64,000 nt of DNA, from positions 62,001 through 126,000 of the forward strand of contig NIVC01001892.1 of assembly GCA_002269645.1 (NCBI GenBank), read 5' to 3'. Below, in pieces: positions 60,709 through 64,000 of this stretch. The first letter of the stretch is position 1. The number at the start of each line of letters is the position of its first letter. This DNA is from Macrostomum lignano (taxonomy: Eukaryota). The position numbers were made by a program, and so were the translations under genes. The notes beneath the pieces were generated by a model that was given only the letters and a program-made list of their open reading frames with translations, was not told where the DNA came from and ran no database searches.

Positions 60709-62917
60709 ATGAGGATTGGTAAGTGAATAAAAAATTCGCTGGTTACGAACACGGAGGTCACTGGTTGATAGGGAGGTCACTGGTTGATAGGGAGGTCACT
60801 GGTTGATAGGGAGGTCACTGGTTGATAGGGAGGTCACTGGTTGATAGGGAGGTCACTGGTTGATAGGGAGGTCACTGGTTGATAGGGAGGTCACTGGTTG
60901 ATAGGGAGGTCACTGGTTGATAGGGAGGTCACTGGTTGATAGGGAGGTCACTGGTTGATAGGGAGGCCACTAGTCAAAAAATAAGTCACTGGTTAGACAA
61001 GGGATTCACTTGTTAGACAAGGAAGTCACTGGTTAGACAAGGAAGTCACTGGTTAGACAGGGAGGTCACTGGTCAGACAAGGAAGTCACTGGTTAGATAG
61101 GGATGTCACTGGTCAGACAAGGAAGTCACTGGTTAGATAGGGATGTCACTGGTTAGACAAGGAAGTCACTGGTTAGATAGGGATGTCACTGGTCAGACAA
61201 GGAAGTCACTGGTTAGATAGGGATGTCACTGGTCAGACAAGGAAGTCACTGGTTAGATAGGGATGTCACTGGTCAGACAAGGAAGTCACTGGTTAGATAG
61301 GGAGGTCACTGGTTAGACAAGAAAGTCACTGGTTAGACAGGGAGGTCACTGGTCAAACAGGGAAGTCACTGGTTAGATAGGATAGTCACTGGTTAGACAG
61401 GGAGGTCACTGGTTAGACAGGGAGGTCACTGGTTGATAGGGTAATCACTGGTTAGACAGGGAGGTCACTGGTTGATAGGGTAATCACTGGTTAGACAGGG
61501 AGGTCACTGGTCAAACAGGGAAGTCACTGGTTAGATAGGATAGTCACTGGTTAGACAGGGAGGTCACTGGTTAGACAGGGAGGTCACTGGTTAGACAGGG
61601 AGGTCACTGGTTAGACAGGGAGGTCACTGGTTGATAGGGTAATCACTGGTTAGACAGGGAGGTCACTGGTTGATAGGGTAATCACTGGTTAGACAGGGAG
61701 GTCACTGGTCAAACAGGGAAGTCACTGGTTAGATAGGATAGTCACTGGTTAGACAGGGAGGTCACTGGTTAGACAGGGAGGTCACTGGTTGATAGGGTAA
61801 TCACTGGTTAGACAGGGAGGTCACTGGTTGATAGGGTAATCACTGGTTAGACAGGGAGGTCACTGGTCAAACAGGGAAGTCACTGGTTAGATAGAAATGT
61901 CCCCGACAAAAGAAGACAGGTCAAACAGCTCAAGCCAAATTCATGGCGCAACCTTTTAGAACATTTCGTCTTTTGTCTCTGCCATCTCGCGGCAGCCGCT
62001 GGGCCGCCTGAGAACCTGTGGAGCCGGGCGGATGTGCAGTGCGCACCGGAAATCTCTGCCGCCGCCATGTCAAGCGAGCCGACCAGCTCGATGGCCGAGT
62101 GCACCTACAAGGCGGAGCAGAACTCCGTGCCGACGGACTTCTTAGTGGCCCAGTTCCACCGACTCGCCAGGACCTGCTCGGTGGGAAAGTATTGCTCAGT
62201 TCGGCACCACCTGAGTCCCGGCCAGACTGCTGACTGCGAGGTGTACTATCGCTATCCCAGGGGCTACCGAGCCTACAATGCTAAGCTGACGGATGTCTGG
62301 CTTGCTGACGACACGTACAGGCTGGATAACCAGCTGTGCCAGGCTGACGAGGACACGAACCGCCTGCACCCGGTGAACGTCCAGTGGACGTCTGATGGCG
62401 CCGTGTTCGACGGCACCACCGCCTACGCCGTTCTCAACAAGTCGAGCCTGAGCTTCGCCTCCGGCCTCACCTGGCTCTTGAGGTTCAAACGGCAGCCGCG
62501 TGACCAGCCGTTCTTTGAGTTCGCGAACTGCAGCGACATGAACCAGATTAGCGGGCACGGCGTCCACCTGTGGGAAATCTCCTCCCCCATGAGGCTGTAC
62601 GCCAGGGCCAACAGGATCACCGGGGCCCAGCTGCCCTTCGTCTACTCCGACCAGGCACTGTCACCCAGTTCGAGCTTCTGGCTCAACATCGGATTCACCT
62701 GTTCGTGAACGACTCGTTTGTGCCGCGCTCCAGCCTGACGGAGTCTCCCGACTCCGATGCCGCCTGGGTGGACAACCAGGGCCTCTGCCTCTACCTGGGC
62801 ATGCGGCTCGACCACTCCACCAATCCAAAATTCATGGGTACCTTCAGGACCATCGCCTTCGCCAACTCTAACATGACTGAGGAAGAGATTCGCGAGTTCT
62901 TCAACCTGATTGGCTGA
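60709..62917 (+). pseudogene. Secreted LamG/concanavalin-A-like domain protein with an apparent frameshift near 62700
   Basis: Inferred exons 60709..60718 (ATGAGGATTG|GTAAGT) and 61960..62917 give a signal-like MRIEHFVFCLCHLAAAA. LamG-like motifs AVFDGTTAY, TWLLRFK, WLNIGFT, then in another frame LFVND, LYLG, FMG, MTEEEI. Confidence 0.6.
60755..61892. repeat. 19/20-bp minisatellite (GTCACTGGTTGATAGGGAG / GTCACTGGTTAGACAGGGAG)
   Basis: Tandem units; probably the intron of the LamG gene. Confidence 0.93.
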
Positions 62918-62925
62918 TCCCCTGA

Positions 62926-64000
62926 AGTGACTTGGGATCAGTGACTTGGGATCAGTGACTTGGGATCAGTAGCTTGGGATCAGTAGCTTGGGATCAGTGA
63001 CTTGGGATCAGTAGCTTGGGATCAGTAGCTTGGGATCAGTGACTTGGGATCAGTGACTTGGGATCAGTAGCTTGGGATCAGTGACTTGGGATCAGTGACT
63101 TGGGATCAGTGACTTGGGATCAGTAGCTTGGGATCAGTGACTTGGGATCAGTGACTTGGGATCAGTAGCTTGGGATCAGTGACTTGGGATCAGTGACTTG
63201 GGATCAGTAGCTTGGGATCAGTGACTTGGGATCAGTGACTTGGGATCAGTAGCTTGGGATCAGTAGCTTGGGATCAGTGACTTGGGATCAGTGACTTGAG
63301 ATCAGTGACTTGAGATCAGTGACTTGAAATCAGTGACTTGGGATCAGTAGCTTGGGATCAGTGACTTGGGATCAGTAGCTTGGGATCAGTAGCTTGGGAT
63401 CAGTGACTTGGGATCAGTAGCTTGGGATCAGTGACTTGGGATCAGTAGCTTGGGATCAGTGACTTGGGATCAGTGACTTGGGATCAGTGACTTGGGATCA
63501 CTGACTTGGGATCAGTAGCTTGGGATCAGTGACTTGGGATCAGTAGCTTGGGATCAGTAGCTTGGGATCAGTGACTTGGGATCAGTGACTTGGGATCAGT
63601 GACTTGGGATCAGTGACTTGGGATCAGTAGCTTGGGATCAGTGACTTGGGATCAGTGACTTGGGATCACTGACTTGGGATCAGTAGCTTGGGATCAGTGA
63701 CTTGGGATCAGTAGCTTGGGATCAGTAGCTTGGGATCAGTGACTTGGGATCAGTGACTTGGGATCAGTAGCTTGGGATCAGTGACTTGGGATCAGTGACT
63801 TGGGATCAGTGACTTGGGATCAGTGACTTGGGATCAGTAGCTTGGGATCAGTGACTTGGGATCAGTGACTTGGGATCAGTGACTTGGGATCAGTGACTTG
63901 GGATCAGTAGCTTGGGATCAGTGACTTGGGATCAGTAGCTTGGGATCAGTAGCTTGGGATCAGTGACTTGGGATCAGTAGCTTGGGATCAGTAGCTTGGG
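62926..64000. repeat. 14-bp minisatellite (GTGACTTGGGATCA / GTAGCTTGGGATCA), runs off the window end
   Basis: Two-variant tandem units. Confidence 0.97.

Overview
Eukaryotic (animal) genomic DNA. GC-rich exons separated by introns full of minisatellites suggest a free-living flatworm such as Macrostomum; this is an inference and was not verified. Exon structures were reconstructed by hand from splice sites and phase continuity. Intact-looking genes: a rhodopsin-family GPCR (minus, 3 exons), an intronless AT-rich class I SAM-methyltransferase-like ORF (plus), a gamma-glutamyltranspeptidase (minus, 7 exons), a METTL27/WBSCR27-like methyltransferase with two alternative first coding exons (plus), and a divergent 17-exon clathrin heavy chain with a GC-AG intron and a Pro/Gln-rich tail (plus). 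Broken or doubtful genes: two decayed paralogs of an ALK/LTK-type glycine-rich-domain gene and a frameshifted secreted LamG-domain gene. Mobile DNA: three R1/LOA-type LINE insertions (one full length; one 5'-truncated and flanked by a ~918-bp direct duplication; one 247-bp tail), two tRNA-derived SINE families, two non-autonomous hAT elements with 8-bp TSDs, Tc1/IS630 remnants and a probable solo LTR. Most long ORFs in the supplied track are artefacts of tandem repeats or antisense shadows of exons.
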